A stretch of DNA of 32,134 nt from Verrucomicrobiota bacterium (GCA_030619095.1 JAUXCB010000001.1:1-32134); one strand, 5' to 3'; counted from the first letter of the stretch, positions 18,907 through 27,914 are shown. Translations and numbers: made by a program. Notes: generated by a model not told the origin, from the sequence alone.

Positions 18907-19518
18907 CTACCGTTGCAACAGATGTTCGCGGTAGTAGGCGAGTTCGGCGGCGGAGGCGACGATGTCGTAGTAGGCATCGTGCTGGCGCAACCGGCGCAGA
19001 TCCGCCTCGGGGAAATATTTTTTTACGTTTTTGGCGTCATTTTTATCGAAGTCCGCCCCCTCAGTCAGATCGAGCCACTGAACCTTTAGGGTGGAAACAT
19101 CGAGTAGACGGTAATGTAACCGGCTGACGAAGGTTGGGAAAAATTTACGCGCGAGAATCCAGTCGTTATGCACACTGTTGCCAGCCATCAGCGGTCTCTT
19201 TTTGATGGTTTTTGTTGGCGTGCCGCACCAGCGATCAATAAAAGCCGTGAGCTTTTCGTCGATCTCTGCCACCGGAATGGCGTCGCGTGAGCGGCACTTT
19301 TTGACCAGATCGGGCAGATTCTTCTGCACCCAGGCACTGATCGGAACATTCTTTGCGGCGCGGACGTAAAAATTAACATCCTCCTCCGGCGGCGTGAGCC
19401 GCTTGAGGTCTTTATCGGTGAGCATCACGGAGACCTGAAGCAAATTCGCTTCGTCGAGATCAAGCGAAGTGAACTCGGTATCGAACCAGACGTAGGCTGT
19501 GGAAGGGATTTTTTTCAT
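18907..19518 (-). CDS. orn: Oligoribonuclease-like DEDDh exonuclease
   Basis: VWFDTEFTSLD, LMAGNSVHND, LHYRLLDVSTLK and HDAYYDIVASAAELAYYR motifs. Confidence 0.82.
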   Translation of the reverse strand: MKKIPSTAYVWFDTEFTSLDLDEANLLQVSVMLTDKDLKRLTPPEEDVNFYVRAAKNVPISAWVQKNLPDLVKKCRSRDAIPVAEIDEKLTAFIDRWCGTPTKTIKKRPLMAGNSVHNDWILARKFFPTFVSRLHYRLLDVSTLKVQWLDLTEGADFDKNDAKNVKKYFPEADLRRLRQHDAYYDIVASAAELAYYREHLLQR

Positions 19519-19537
19519 AAGACTAAGAAGTGTTTAT

Positions 19538-20405
19538 TTCACAAGATGATGGACAACAAGATTATTTTTTAAGAGTGATAAGCTGAATCTTCTCCCGATT
19601 AAAATTCACCCACTGCAATTGCTTTAACGGAGTATGATTAAGCAACTTGAGCAACTGCTTTTTATAAGATTCAAAATGTCGAATTATTGAGGATACGTGC
19701 AAACAGGTCTGTTCATCCAATCGACATATTTTTTGGTACCCAACAATCTTTCCTGCCACAACAACTTCTACAGGCTGTATCAACGCATCTTCCCCGCCAA
19801 GAAAATGATGGATCGCCTCCCGATACAAACCCACATCCAAAAACGCACCCCAGTTCGTTAGTAATTTTTGAACGATATCCCGAATGGATAAACTTGAAGG
19901 AAGCTCTGCCTGCCATGCATCCTCATTCATCTCAAAGGCCATTCGTTTTTCAGCACTCAAATTCGTTGTCACAAAACGATGCTGAACGGAGGGTGAGGAA
20001 AAATTAATCAGTTTTCCAAACTGCAAATCAGAAAGTAACAGATAGTTCAACGTTTGCGCCTCATGCGTTCCGCCTAATAAATCGACCGCCTTCAGCTCAT
20101 AAATTGAACCGGCGTTCACTAAAGCGTCGATAAAATACGATTTTTTAAACGATTCACAGGAAACAACAATTTCACCCTCCGACAAAACGTTTAATCCGCT
20201 ATTTAAACAATGGCGGATCAGTTCGGCATGGTAAACGTGTTCATCATAAAAACGCCCCAATTCATTTTGAATATCAAACGCATGACCCATCACAAGGTGA
20301 TCAATCTCGTAGAATTGAGATCGGGAAGGCGGTTCGACATCAAAACAGCACTCGATTGGCATCAGAATCTCCAAGAAATCATCTTGTTGTCCATCATCTT
20401 GTGAA
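19538..20405. mobile_element. Inverted-repeat-bounded GxxExxY cassette
   Basis: TTCACAAGATGATGGACAACAAGAT at 19538-19562 is the exact reverse complement of 20381-20405, extending inward to 33 bp with 2 mismatches. Interior visibly AT-richer than the flanks. Confidence 0.7.
19562..20362 (-). CDS. GxxExxY (PD-(D/E)XK-fold) protein with a second degenerate GxxExxY-like domain
   Basis: LGRFYDEHVY, IDALV...YELKAV and HEAQTLNYL...GKLINF, then WGAFLDVGLYREAI...QLLKLL...LQWVNF. Start ATG at 20362 with a GGAG RBS. Confidence 0.85.
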   Translation of the reverse strand: MPIECCFDVEPPSRSQFYEIDHLVMGHAFDIQNELGRFYDEHVYHAELIRHCLNSGLNVLSEGEIVVSCESFKKSYFIDALVNAGSIYELKAVDLLGGTHEAQTLNYLLLSDLQFGKLINFSSPSVQHRFVTTNLSAEKRMAFEMNEDAWQAELPSSLSIRDIVQKLLTNWGAFLDVGLYREAIHHFLGGEDALIQPVEVVVAGKIVGYQKICRLDEQTCLHVSSIIRHFESYKKQLLKLLNHTPLKQLQWVNFNREKIQLITLKK

Positions 20406-20425
20406 CTCGATCCGAACAAGCCAAA

Positions 20426-21625
20426 TCAAGCATTCAAAATATCAAAGGTGTCGGATGCGATCACTTTCTCCTCATCCGTGTGGATGACCAGCGCGGCCAC
20501 CTTGGACTCGGCCGTGGTAATCACCGTCTCATTGGCCTCGTTGGCGGCGTCATCCATCTTCAGCCCGAGATAGGTAAAGTTTTCGAGAATCAGCTTCCGG
20601 ACGGTGCGCTCGTTCTCGCCAATACCCGCCGTGAAGACGATTCCGTCGACCCCGTTTAGAGCGGCGGCGTAGGCACCGATATACTTCTGAACTTCATAGA
20701 CAAATTTTTCAATCGCCTGCGTGCAGCCTTCGAGTCCTTTGCGGTAGCCCTCCATCGTGTCGCGCATGTCGCGGTTCCCGCACAAGCCGAGGAGTCCACC
20801 CTGCTTATTCATCAGAGAGCTGACCTGATCGACCGTCATATCCTGCGTCTGCATAATATGCAGGGGGATATAGGGATCGAGATCGCCAGAGCGGGTGCCC
20901 ATAAGAATACCGGCCAGCGGGGTCATTCCCATTGAGGTGTCGACAGATTTCCCACCTTCAAAAGCAGTGATTGAACTGCCATTGCCAAGATGGCAGGTGA
21001 TCAGCTTGAGTTCTTCCAAGGGTTTACCAAGGGCTTCAGCGGCTTGCGCAGCCACGTACCCGTGAGACGTCCCGTGGAATCCGTAGCGGCGGATTTTATG
21101 GGTGGTATATTGGGTTTTTGGCAGGCCATAAAGATAGGCTTTCGGCGGCATGGTCTGGTGAATGGCCGTATCGAAGACCGCCACCTGTTTCATCGTGGGT
21201 TCCAACTCGTGAATGGCCTGAATTCCCATCAGATTCGGTGGATTATGCAGCGGCGCCAGCACAGAATTATCGCGAATAGCCTTCACGACATCGCCATTGA
21301 TCAGAACCGACTTTGAAAAATCTTCGCCACCATGAACGACTCGATGCCCCACCCCGGAGAGATCGCCCAGACTTCGGAGTGTATTTTTTTCGGGATCCGT
21401 CAGCAGTTTGAAAATCGCGTTGATCGCCTTTTTATGATCGGGGAGATCCAAGTAGATATGCTCCCTGTGCTCACCCTCTCGTTTGCAGTCTACACTGGCT
21501 CCGGAAATGCCGATGCGATCGGCCCCGCCCTGAGCGAGAACTTTGAAATCGTGATTGTCGCCGGTCACCTCGTAGAGTTTGTATTTGATCGAGGAAGACC
21601 CCGAATTAATTACCAGAATTTTCAT
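20426..21625 (-). CDS. ackA: Acetate kinase
   Basis: ILVINSGSSSIKY, GHRVVHGG, APLHNP, RRYGFHGTSH, HLGNGSS and FTAGIGEN motifs. Confidence 0.97.
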   Translation of the reverse strand: MKILVINSGSSSIKYKLYEVTGDNHDFKVLAQGGADRIGISGASVDCKREGEHREHIYLDLPDHKKAINAIFKLLTDPEKNTLRSLGDLSGVGHRVVHGGEDFSKSVLINGDVVKAIRDNSVLAPLHNPPNLMGIQAIHELEPTMKQVAVFDTAIHQTMPPKAYLYGLPKTQYTTHKIRRYGFHGTSHGYVAAQAAEALGKPLEELKLITCHLGNGSSITAFEGGKSVDTSMGMTPLAGILMGTRSGDLDPYIPLHIMQTQDMTVDQVSSLMNKQGGLLGLCGNRDMRDTMEGYRKGLEGCTQAIEKFVYEVQKYIGAYAAALNGVDGIVFTAGIGENERTVRKLILENFTYLGLKMDDAANEANETVITTAESKVAALVIHTDEEKVIASDTFDILNA

Positions 21626-21643
21626 ATCTTCTTATTCCTGTTT

Positions 21644-22618
21644 TTAACAACCTAAAGCCTGCACGGCAGTAATTGCTGTGAGACCCACTATATCTTCCGC
21701 ACTGCATCCGCGCGACAAATCATTCACTGGCTTATTGAGGCCTTGAAGCATCGGACCGTACGCCTCGGCACCGCCGAGGCGCTGCACAAGCTTATAGCCG
21801 ATATTTCCGGCATTGAGGTCGGGGAAAATCAGGACACGGGCTTCGCCATGCAACTCGCTCTCCGGGGCTTTGCTTCCGGCGACCGCCGGCACAATGGCGG
21901 CATCGAGTTGCAATTCGCCGTCGAGGCGAATCGGTGCATCGGGATGGTTGACCGCAAGGATTTCTTTGGCCTGGGCGGTCGCATCAATCACCTTCTCAAC
22001 CAGCGGACTGGAGGCCGAGCCTTTGGTGGAATAGGACAAAAGGGCTACAGCGCCGGGAATGCCAAATTTGAGTGCGGTGAGGCCGCTGCTGACCGCGATC
22101 TGCGCAAGCTGTTTCGCACTTGGGTTTTCAACAAGTGCGCAGTCGGAGAAGAGATAGGTGCGTCCCTGAACACACATAAAGAAGACGCTGGAGACGAAGG
22201 AGCCCTTGATGATCTGAAGCGCGGGGCGAACCGTGTCGGCAGTGGAATGAGCCGCGCCGGAGACGAGGCCGTCGGCATCACCGCACTGCACCATCATCAT
22301 GCCGAAATAGTTGACCTCTTGCTGAAGCGTCTCTTTGGCCTGCTCCAGGGTAAGCCCTTTGTGTTTACGCAGCTCATAGAACGCGGCGGCGTATTCATCG
22401 AGCTTCCCGGAGGTTTCGGGATGGATCACCTGCACACCGGCACCAGCGCGTCCGGCGACGGTTTCATCGCCGAGAACAATCACACGGGCAATGCCTTCGG
22501 CGACAATCTGTTTCGCCGCTTCCGTTACACGCTCGTCGGCACCTTCCGGCAAAACAAGGGTTCGCGGATTGGCTTTGGCCTTTGCAATAATGTCGGTGAT
22601 GAAAATACTGCGACTCAT
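21644..22618 (-). CDS. pta: Phosphate acetyltransferase
   Basis: LVLPEG, SGAAHSTADTVRPALQII, DGELQLDAA, FPDLNAGNIGYK and PVNDLSRGCS motifs. Confidence 0.96.
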   Translation of the reverse strand: MSRSIFITDIIAKAKANPRTLVLPEGADERVTEAAKQIVAEGIARVIVLGDETVAGRAGAGVQVIHPETSGKLDEYAAAFYELRKHKGLTLEQAKETLQQEVNYFGMMMVQCGDADGLVSGAAHSTADTVRPALQIIKGSFVSSVFFMCVQGRTYLFSDCALVENPSAKQLAQIAVSSGLTALKFGIPGAVALLSYSTKGSASSPLVEKVIDATAQAKEILAVNHPDAPIRLDGELQLDAAIVPAVAGSKAPESELHGEARVLIFPDLNAGNIGYKLVQRLGGAEAYGPMLQGLNKPVNDLSRGCSAEDIVGLTAITAVQALGC

Positions 22619-22648
22619 CTTTTTTCCTTTGCGTTCTAACCCGTAACT

Positions 22649-22689
22649 AAAAAAAGACCTCTTAGCGGGTTAGCATAAAAGGTCTTTTT
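22649..22689 (-). terminator. Intrinsic terminator after rplQ
   Basis: Stem AAAAAGACCT...AGGTCTTTTT with a U-run on the minus strand. Confidence 0.6.
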
Positions 22690-22711
22690 CCATCCATCGG
22701 GGGTAATGTCC

Positions 22712-23086
22712 TTACTCGGCGGCTGCCTCGGAGGCTTCCACCCATTCAAGAATCGCCATTTCAGATGCATCGCTCATCCGCGGACCCAGCTTGGTGATCC
22801 GTGTATAGCCGCCTGCGCGGCTTGCGAAACCCGGTGCAATCTCTTCGAAGAGCACCTTCACCTGATCGGGATTTTTCAGCTTTGCCAACGCCTGACGGCG
22901 GGCAGAAAGCGTTCCTTTTTTTCCGAGGGTGACCATTTTCTCAGCGAGTGAACGGGCCACTTTGGCTTTCGAAAGCGTGGTTTTAATCCGGCGTTCTTTG
23001 ATCAGGCTGCAGACCATATTGGCTAGCATCGAGTCGCGATGTGCGCCCCGTCGACCCAGTTTAATTTTGCTTACGCGATGTCTCAT
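22712..23086 (-). CDS. rplQ: 50S ribosomal protein L17
   Basis: MRHR...KLGR, RIKTTLSKAK and GGYTRITK motifs. Confidence 0.97.
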   Translation of the reverse strand: MRHRVSKIKLGRRGAHRDSMLANMVCSLIKERRIKTTLSKAKVARSLAEKMVTLGKKGTLSARRQALAKLKNPDQVKVLFEEIAPGFASRAGGYTRITKLGPRMSDASEMAILEWVEASEAAAE

Positions 23087-23108
23087 GAGGTACCTCTTCT
23101 TCTACAGT

Positions 23109-24116
23109 CTATTCTTCATCAATGGCCGGGGGATTGAGCAGATCGGCTTCAAATGTCATACCGAGCGACAGTCCCATTTCGATGATCTTCTTCTTAATTT
23201 CATTCAGCGACTTCTTCCCGAAGTTGCGGTACTTGAGCATTTCAGCCTCCGTCTTCTGCGCCAGCTCACCAACCGTTGTGATATTGGCGTTGTTGAGGCA
23301 GTTGGCGGCGCGAACGCTCAGCTCGATTTCGTTCACACTGATATTGAGCTTCTTCCGGAGCTCTTCTTTTTCAATATCAATCTGTTTTTCGCTCGCTTCG
23401 AACTCGATGAGGTCTTTGTCGTAGCTGACAAAGATGTCGAGATGATGGCGCAGGATGGCGGCCGACATGGTCAGCGCCTCGTCCGGGTTCACACGGCCAT
23501 CGGTCCAGATTTCGATAATCAGTTGATCATAGTCGGTGCGGCGACCCACGCGGCAATTTTCGATTTCATATTTCACACGCGAAACCGGGGAGAAAAGCGA
23601 ATCGATCGGAATCACACCGATTTCCTGCTCGTCCGGCTTGTTTCCTTCCGCCGGACAGTACCCGCGACCGACGCGAGTTTCGATTTCAACATCAAAGGTG
23701 CCGTTAGTGTCGAGTGTCGCAATGTGGTGATCGGGGTTGAGTACCTCAATACTATCATTGGTCTGAATGTCTCCAGCCGTCACCTCGCCCGGACCTTTGA
23801 CGCTGATCGTTAGGTGCTGGGGCTCACGGGTGTAGGATTTGAGCAAAACCTTTTTGAGATTGAGAACGATGTCGGTGACATCCTCCACAACGCCCGGAAG
23901 GCTGCAAAATTCATGTGGAGCGCCTTCGATTTTGATCGAAGAAATTGCGGTGCCTTCCAGAGAGGAAAGCAGTACGCGGCGCATGGAGTTTCCGATGGTA
24001 CGGCCATATCCGGCCTCGAAGGGCTCCGCAATGAATTTTCCGTAGGTATCGGTGGAAACGGACTCGTCTTTGACGACCCGCTTGGGCATTTCGAAACGTC
24101 CCAGTCTAATTGGCAT
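23109..24116 (-). CDS. rpoA: RNA polymerase alpha subunit
   Basis: EPFEAGYGRTIGNSMRRVLLSSLEG, ELSVRAANCL and NFGKKSLNEI motifs. Confidence 0.98.
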   Translation of the reverse strand: MPIRLGRFEMPKRVVKDESVSTDTYGKFIAEPFEAGYGRTIGNSMRRVLLSSLEGTAISSIKIEGAPHEFCSLPGVVEDVTDIVLNLKKVLLKSYTREPQHLTISVKGPGEVTAGDIQTNDSIEVLNPDHHIATLDTNGTFDVEIETRVGRGYCPAEGNKPDEQEIGVIPIDSLFSPVSRVKYEIENCRVGRRTDYDQLIIEIWTDGRVNPDEALTMSAAILRHHLDIFVSYDKDLIEFEASEKQIDIEKEELRKKLNISVNEIELSVRAANCLNNANITTVGELAQKTEAEMLKYRNFGKKSLNEIKKKIIEMGLSLGMTFEADLLNPPAIDEE

Positions 24117-24178
24117 CTTTTCTCCTCCCAGAACCGGGCATTAACCGGTTCGTATGGTGTGTTTATTTTATCGATTCG

Positions 24179-24799
24179 TTATACGCGGCGCTGCTTCTTA
24201 GGGCGGCAGCCGTTATGTGGAATCGGCGTGGTATCTTTAATGGCGGAAACGCGTAACCCTGCGGACTGAATCGCACGCACGGCCGACTCGCGGCCCGCGC
24301 CCGGTCCCTGCACCCGGACCTCGACTTCGTTCATGCCATGGGAAATGGCACCGCGCGCGGCTTCCTGCGCAACGGTTGTGGCGGCAAACGCTGTGCTCTT
24401 GCGGGATCCTTTGAACCCGCAACGCCCGGCGCTACTCCACGAAACAACCTCTCCCTTCATATCGGTCAGAGAGACGATTGTGTTATTAAAGGTGGTTTTG
24501 ATGAATGCAATTCCGTACGGAACGTTCTTGGCACCCTTGACCCGGCGCTTCGGTTTGGCTTCCTCTTCCTGATCGCCTTCGATCACCGCAAAAATATCTT
24601 TTTGGCGGGAGGGTTTCTTCGCCTCACCGGGTTTTTCTTCCGTTTTCTCCGGAGTCTCCGCAGGGGCTTCCTCTGTTTTCGCTTCCGCGTTGGCGGGCAC
24701 GTCAGCAACAGGAGTCTCTACAGGGGCGTCCTCTGTCTTCGCTTCCGCTTTGGCGGGCGCGTCGACCACTTCTTCTACAGGTTTGGTTTCTTCAGCCAT
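24179..24799 (-). CDS. rpsK: 30S ribosomal protein S11 with a long acidic N-terminal extension
   Basis: [25 protein letters not shown] and [10 protein letters not shown] motifs, preceded by about 80 extra residues. Confidence 0.96.
   Translation of the reverse strand: MAEETKPVEEVVDAPAKAEAKTEDAPVETPVADVPANAEAKTEEAPAETPEKTEEKPGEAKKPSRQKDIFAVIEGDQEEEAKPKRRVKGAKNVPYGIAFIKTTFNNTIVSLTDMKGEVVSWSSAGRCGFKGSRKSTAFAATTVAQEAARGAISHGMNEVEVRVQGPGAGRESAVRAIQSAGLRVSAIKDTTPIPHNGCRPKKQRRV
24651..24770. repeat. 60-bp tandem duplication within the rpsK extension
   Basis: Units 24651-24710 and 24711-24770, encoding [20 protein letters not shown] and [20 protein letters not shown]. Confidence 0.85.
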
Positions 24800-24822
24800 G
24801 AATTCAATTCCTTAAGTTAAAA

Positions 24823-25227
24823 TTATCGCGTGGCCACTTTGGCGGCCGAACGCGCTTCCTTACCGCGAACCGCGCCCACCGTGCGAACCGGTCCCTTGCG
24901 AGTGCGGGCATTGGTTTTCGTCCGCTGTCCGCGAACGGGGAGACCGCGGCGATGCCGTGAACCGCGATAGGAATTAATGGAAATCAGGCGACGGATGTTC
25001 TGGGTAACCTGACGACGAAGATCGCCTTCAATCACATAGTCTTCACGAAGAATCTTGGTGAGGCTGGTGAGCTGCTCGTCGGTCAGGTCGTCCGCTTTCT
25101 GGGCGGGGTCGAGACCCGACTTAGCAATCGCTTCACGCGACGAGGTGAGGCCGAGGCCATACATATAAGTCAGCGCATATTCGAGGCGCTTTCTTCCGGG
25201 GATATCAATACCGAGGATCCGTGGCAT
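24823..25227 (-). CDS. rpsM: 30S ribosomal protein S13
   Basis: MPRILGIDIP, IEGDLRR and RHRRGLPVRGQRTKTNARTRKG motifs. Confidence 0.97.
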   Translation of the reverse strand: MPRILGIDIPGRKRLEYALTYMYGLGLTSSREAIAKSGLDPAQKADDLTDEQLTSLTKILREDYVIEGDLRRQVTQNIRRLISINSYRGSRHRRGLPVRGQRTKTNARTRKGPVRTVGAVRGKEARSAAKVATR

Positions 25228-25239
25228 AAATCTGCTCCT

Positions 25240-25356
25240 TTAGCCCTGACGCTGTTTGTGACGGGGTTTGTTCTTATTAATAATGTAAACACGCCCTTTA
25301 CGACGGACAATCTTGTCGTCAGCGCTGATCTTTTTTACCGAAGCTTTAACCTTCAT
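25240..25356 (-). CDS. rpmJ: 50S ribosomal protein L36 (absent from the ORF track)
   Basis: Manual translation [38 protein letters not shown], between the infA-like gene and rpsM. Confidence 0.95.
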   Translation of the reverse strand: MKVKASVKKISADDKIVRRKGRVYIINKNKPRHKQRQG

Positions 25357-25364
25357 AAATTCAC

Positions 25365-25571
25365 CTAAAGTACTATTCGCCCTGCATTCATATTATAAGG
25401 CGACATTTCAACCTTCACACGCTCGCCTGTCTCCAGGAAAATCTTTTCCCGATCCCGCATGGCTATATAAGCCGTAAACTCATGTCCATTGCCTAAAACC
25501 GCACGGAAAGCGTGAGGTTCTATCACCGACTCCAATCGGGCGTCCAGCAAAATAATCTCGCGCTCATTCAT
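25365..25571 (-). CDS. infA: Diverged translation initiation factor IF-1-like protein
   Basis: [15 protein letters not shown]...[18 protein letters not shown] aligns to IF-1, in the canonical position before rpmJ. Start uncertain. Confidence 0.7.
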   Translation of the reverse strand: MNEREIILLDARLESVIEPHAFRAVLGNGHEFTAYIAMRDREKIFLETGERVKVEMSPYNMNAGRIVL

Positions 25572-25716
25572 TTCAAAGGCGGACATCATACCCGCCCGCC
25601 CCTGTTGCACAAGCCAGAATTTGAGAAATTTCATCTTTTCAAGTCAGGGCTTTCCGCAACGGGGAACTTTTATCTTCAAACCTTGAAAAAAATGACGCCC
25701 TCGGTAGAGTATCCGG

Positions 25717-26658
25717 ATGATGACTAAGTTGAAAAATACATTTTCGTGGTCGTTCAGCGCGGCGGCCGATTTTGACGAGTGCCGGCGGCGACGCTATTGG
25801 AGCAAGTACGGCATGTGGGGCGGATGGGAGCGCGGCGCAGACGAGATGACGAAGGCCGCCTACCGCCTGAACAAGATGACCAACCGCTGGGGTCTCATGG
25901 GCGTGGCGACGGAAGAGACGATTATGCGGGTTCTTCGCCAGCATCAGGCGGGAAACCCCATCACAGCGGACGAAGCGTACGAAGCGGTTGCACGACCCTT
26001 TTTAATTCGATGCTGGAAGGAGTCGCGCGCGAAGGCGTGGCAGAAAAATCCAAAACAGTTCTGCTGCCTGCAGGGTCATTACTACGGAACAATGGAGGAT
26101 GAAAAATCCGCCATCGGCGCCATCCGAAAACAGGTGCTCCACTGTACAGCCAACTTTATCGACAACGTTCTCCCCCGGATTGAACAGATCCCTTTTGAGC
26201 AGGAGATGCGAATCCAGACACCGGATATGGGCGGCGATCCCGAAAACATCACCTGGAACGGGGTGAAGATGTATGTGATTCCGGACTACGCCTACCGCAG
26301 GGGCAATCAGATGCATATTCACGACTGGAAGGCAGGAAAAATCAAGAAGGCGCACCGCGAACAGCTGGCGGGCTACGCGCTTTGGGCGGAGGTGAAGTAT
26401 CACGTGCCGATCGAAAACATTTTCCTCTATGTAGAATATCTCAACGAGGGACAGGTGCTTCCGTTCCAGTTGACGAAGGAAGAGTTCGACGGACAAAAAG
26501 CCCGCATTGAAGCGTCGGTGGCGGAGATGAGCGAATACCTCGCGGACTTCGACCGCAAAAAAAACGAGCCGCTCCCAAAAGAGGAGTGGGAGTTGGCAGC
26601 CGATCCGAACTCCTGCAAATACTGTAAGTTTTATGAGCTCTGCAAGGGGGAATTGTAG
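25717..26658 (+). CDS. PD-(D/E)XK nuclease, Cas4/AddB-like, with probable Fe-S ligands
   Basis: N-terminal Cys (FDECRRRRY), PDY...HDWKAG, QLAGYA and C-terminal CKYCKFYELC. Confidence 0.85.
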   Translation: MMTKLKNTFSWSFSAAADFDECRRRRYWSKYGMWGGWERGADEMTKAAYRLNKMTNRWGLMGVATEETIMRVLRQHQAGNPITADEAYEAVARPFLIRCWKESRAKAWQKNPKQFCCLQGHYYGTMEDEKSAIGAIRKQVLHCTANFIDNVLPRIEQIPFEQEMRIQTPDMGGDPENITWNGVKMYVIPDYAYRRGNQMHIHDWKAGKIKKAHREQLAGYALWAEVKYHVPIENIFLYVEYLNEGQVLPFQLTKEEFDGQKARIEASVAEMSEYLADFDRKKNEPLPKEEWELAADPNSCKYCKFYELCKGEL

Positions 26659-26672
26659 GAAGTGAGAGTGTA

Positions 26673-26700
26673 CATTCCACTTTCCACATTCCACTTTCCA
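26673..26700. repeat. Heptamer tandem array between convergent genes
   Basis: cattcca-ctttcca-cattcca-ctttcca. Confidence 0.8.
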
Positions 26701-26708
26701 CAATCTCT

Positions 26709-27854
26709 CTACGTCTTTTTCCGCTTATCCTTAAAGAGCGCGGCGCGGCGTCTGGCCTTTGGGGTTCGGGCCGTGTGTGCGACGTTGACAAGTATCCCGA
26801 TCATCGCGAAACAGACGAGCAGGCTCGATCCCCCATAACTGATAAAAGGAAGCGCGATCCCTTTGGTCGGCATGGATCCGGTAACAACGGCCAGATTAAT
26901 CATCGCCTGCAAAGTAAGCATCAGGGTGATCCCAAGTGCCGTGAAACGTCCAAAATCATCATTGGCCCGCTCGGCAATCCGCAATCCGCAAATAAAAATA
27001 ACAACAAATAGAAGCAGTACACACGCCGTGGCGATGAGACCCAGCTCCTCCCCGATAATAGGAAAGATGAAATCGGTGTGGGCTTCGGGGAGATAAAACT
27101 GCTTCTGAATGCTGCTACCGAGGCCGACACCCCACTCTCCGCCCGCTGCGAAAGCGCATTTGGCGTTGATGAGCTGCCACCCAGCGCCCTGAGAATGCGC
27201 TTCGGGATCCAAGAAGGCCATGATCCGCTCCCGTCTATTTGGAATCAACACCAGCATGAAAGCCAACGATCCCACACCGAGAGCAATAACTCCCAAAAGC
27301 CAGAAAAAGCGAGCACCGCCAATATAAAGAAGAATGAAAACGACGGCACCCACCAGCATTGTGGTTCCGAAATCCGGCGCAGCCATCAATAAAACAGCAA
27401 ACAGTCCGATCCCCAGAACGGGAACAAGGAAGCCTCGCTTAAAGGTGTGCATATAGCGGCGGCGGCGGGAAATCCACCAGGCCGAAGAAAGAATGACCCC
27501 AAGCTTGGCAAACTCAGAGGGCTGAATTGCAAAGGGTCCAAAACGAATCCAGCGCCAGCTTCCATTGATTTCACGCCCGATGCCGGGAATGCGAACCAGT
27601 ACTAGAAAGACAATGCAGAATGCGGCGGCGGGTAGCGCGATTTTTCGAACCCATGCTAAATCGATTCGCGCGCAAACAATGGCAATCGGCAGTGAAATAA
27701 AGAGAAGCCAGATCAACTGGCGAACCAGAAAGTGTTCCGCTTGTTCATAATGGCTCTCCCCGCGCACCATGCTGGCACTGAACATCATCACCATCCCAAC
27801 CGTAACAAGAATGAGGACGGCGGAAATGAGGACAATGATGGTTCGACGCTGCAT
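26709..27854 (-). CDS. ftsW: SEDS peptidoglycan glycosyltransferase FtsW
   Basis: NGSWRWI, IQPSEFAKL, PDFGT, YLPEAHTDFIF and PTKGIALPFISYGGSS motifs, downstream of murD. Confidence 0.93.
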   Translation of the reverse strand: MQRRTIIVLISAVLILVTVGMVMMFSASMVRGESHYEQAEHFLVRQLIWLLFISLPIAIVCARIDLAWVRKIALPAAAFCIVFLVLVRIPGIGREINGSWRWIRFGPFAIQPSEFAKLGVILSSAWWISRRRRYMHTFKRGFLVPVLGIGLFAVLLMAAPDFGTTMLVGAVVFILLYIGGARFFWLLGVIALGVGSLAFMLVLIPNRRERIMAFLDPEAHSQGAGWQLINAKCAFAAGGEWGVGLGSSIQKQFYLPEAHTDFIFPIIGEELGLIATACVLLLFVVIFICGLRIAERANDDFGRFTALGITLMLTLQAMINLAVVTGSMPTKGIALPFISYGGSSLLVCFAMIGILVNVAHTARTPKARRRAALFKDKRKKT

Positions 27855-27914
27855 GAGAAAAACTATAATCCAGCTGAAGGTAGAAAGTCAAAAAAACGAA
27901 AGCTGAAATCAACA

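Noticed and set aside
20363-20419. Upstream TTG start for the GxxExxY ORF
   Set aside because: It would translate through the inverted repeat. ATG at 20362 has a well-spaced GGAG.
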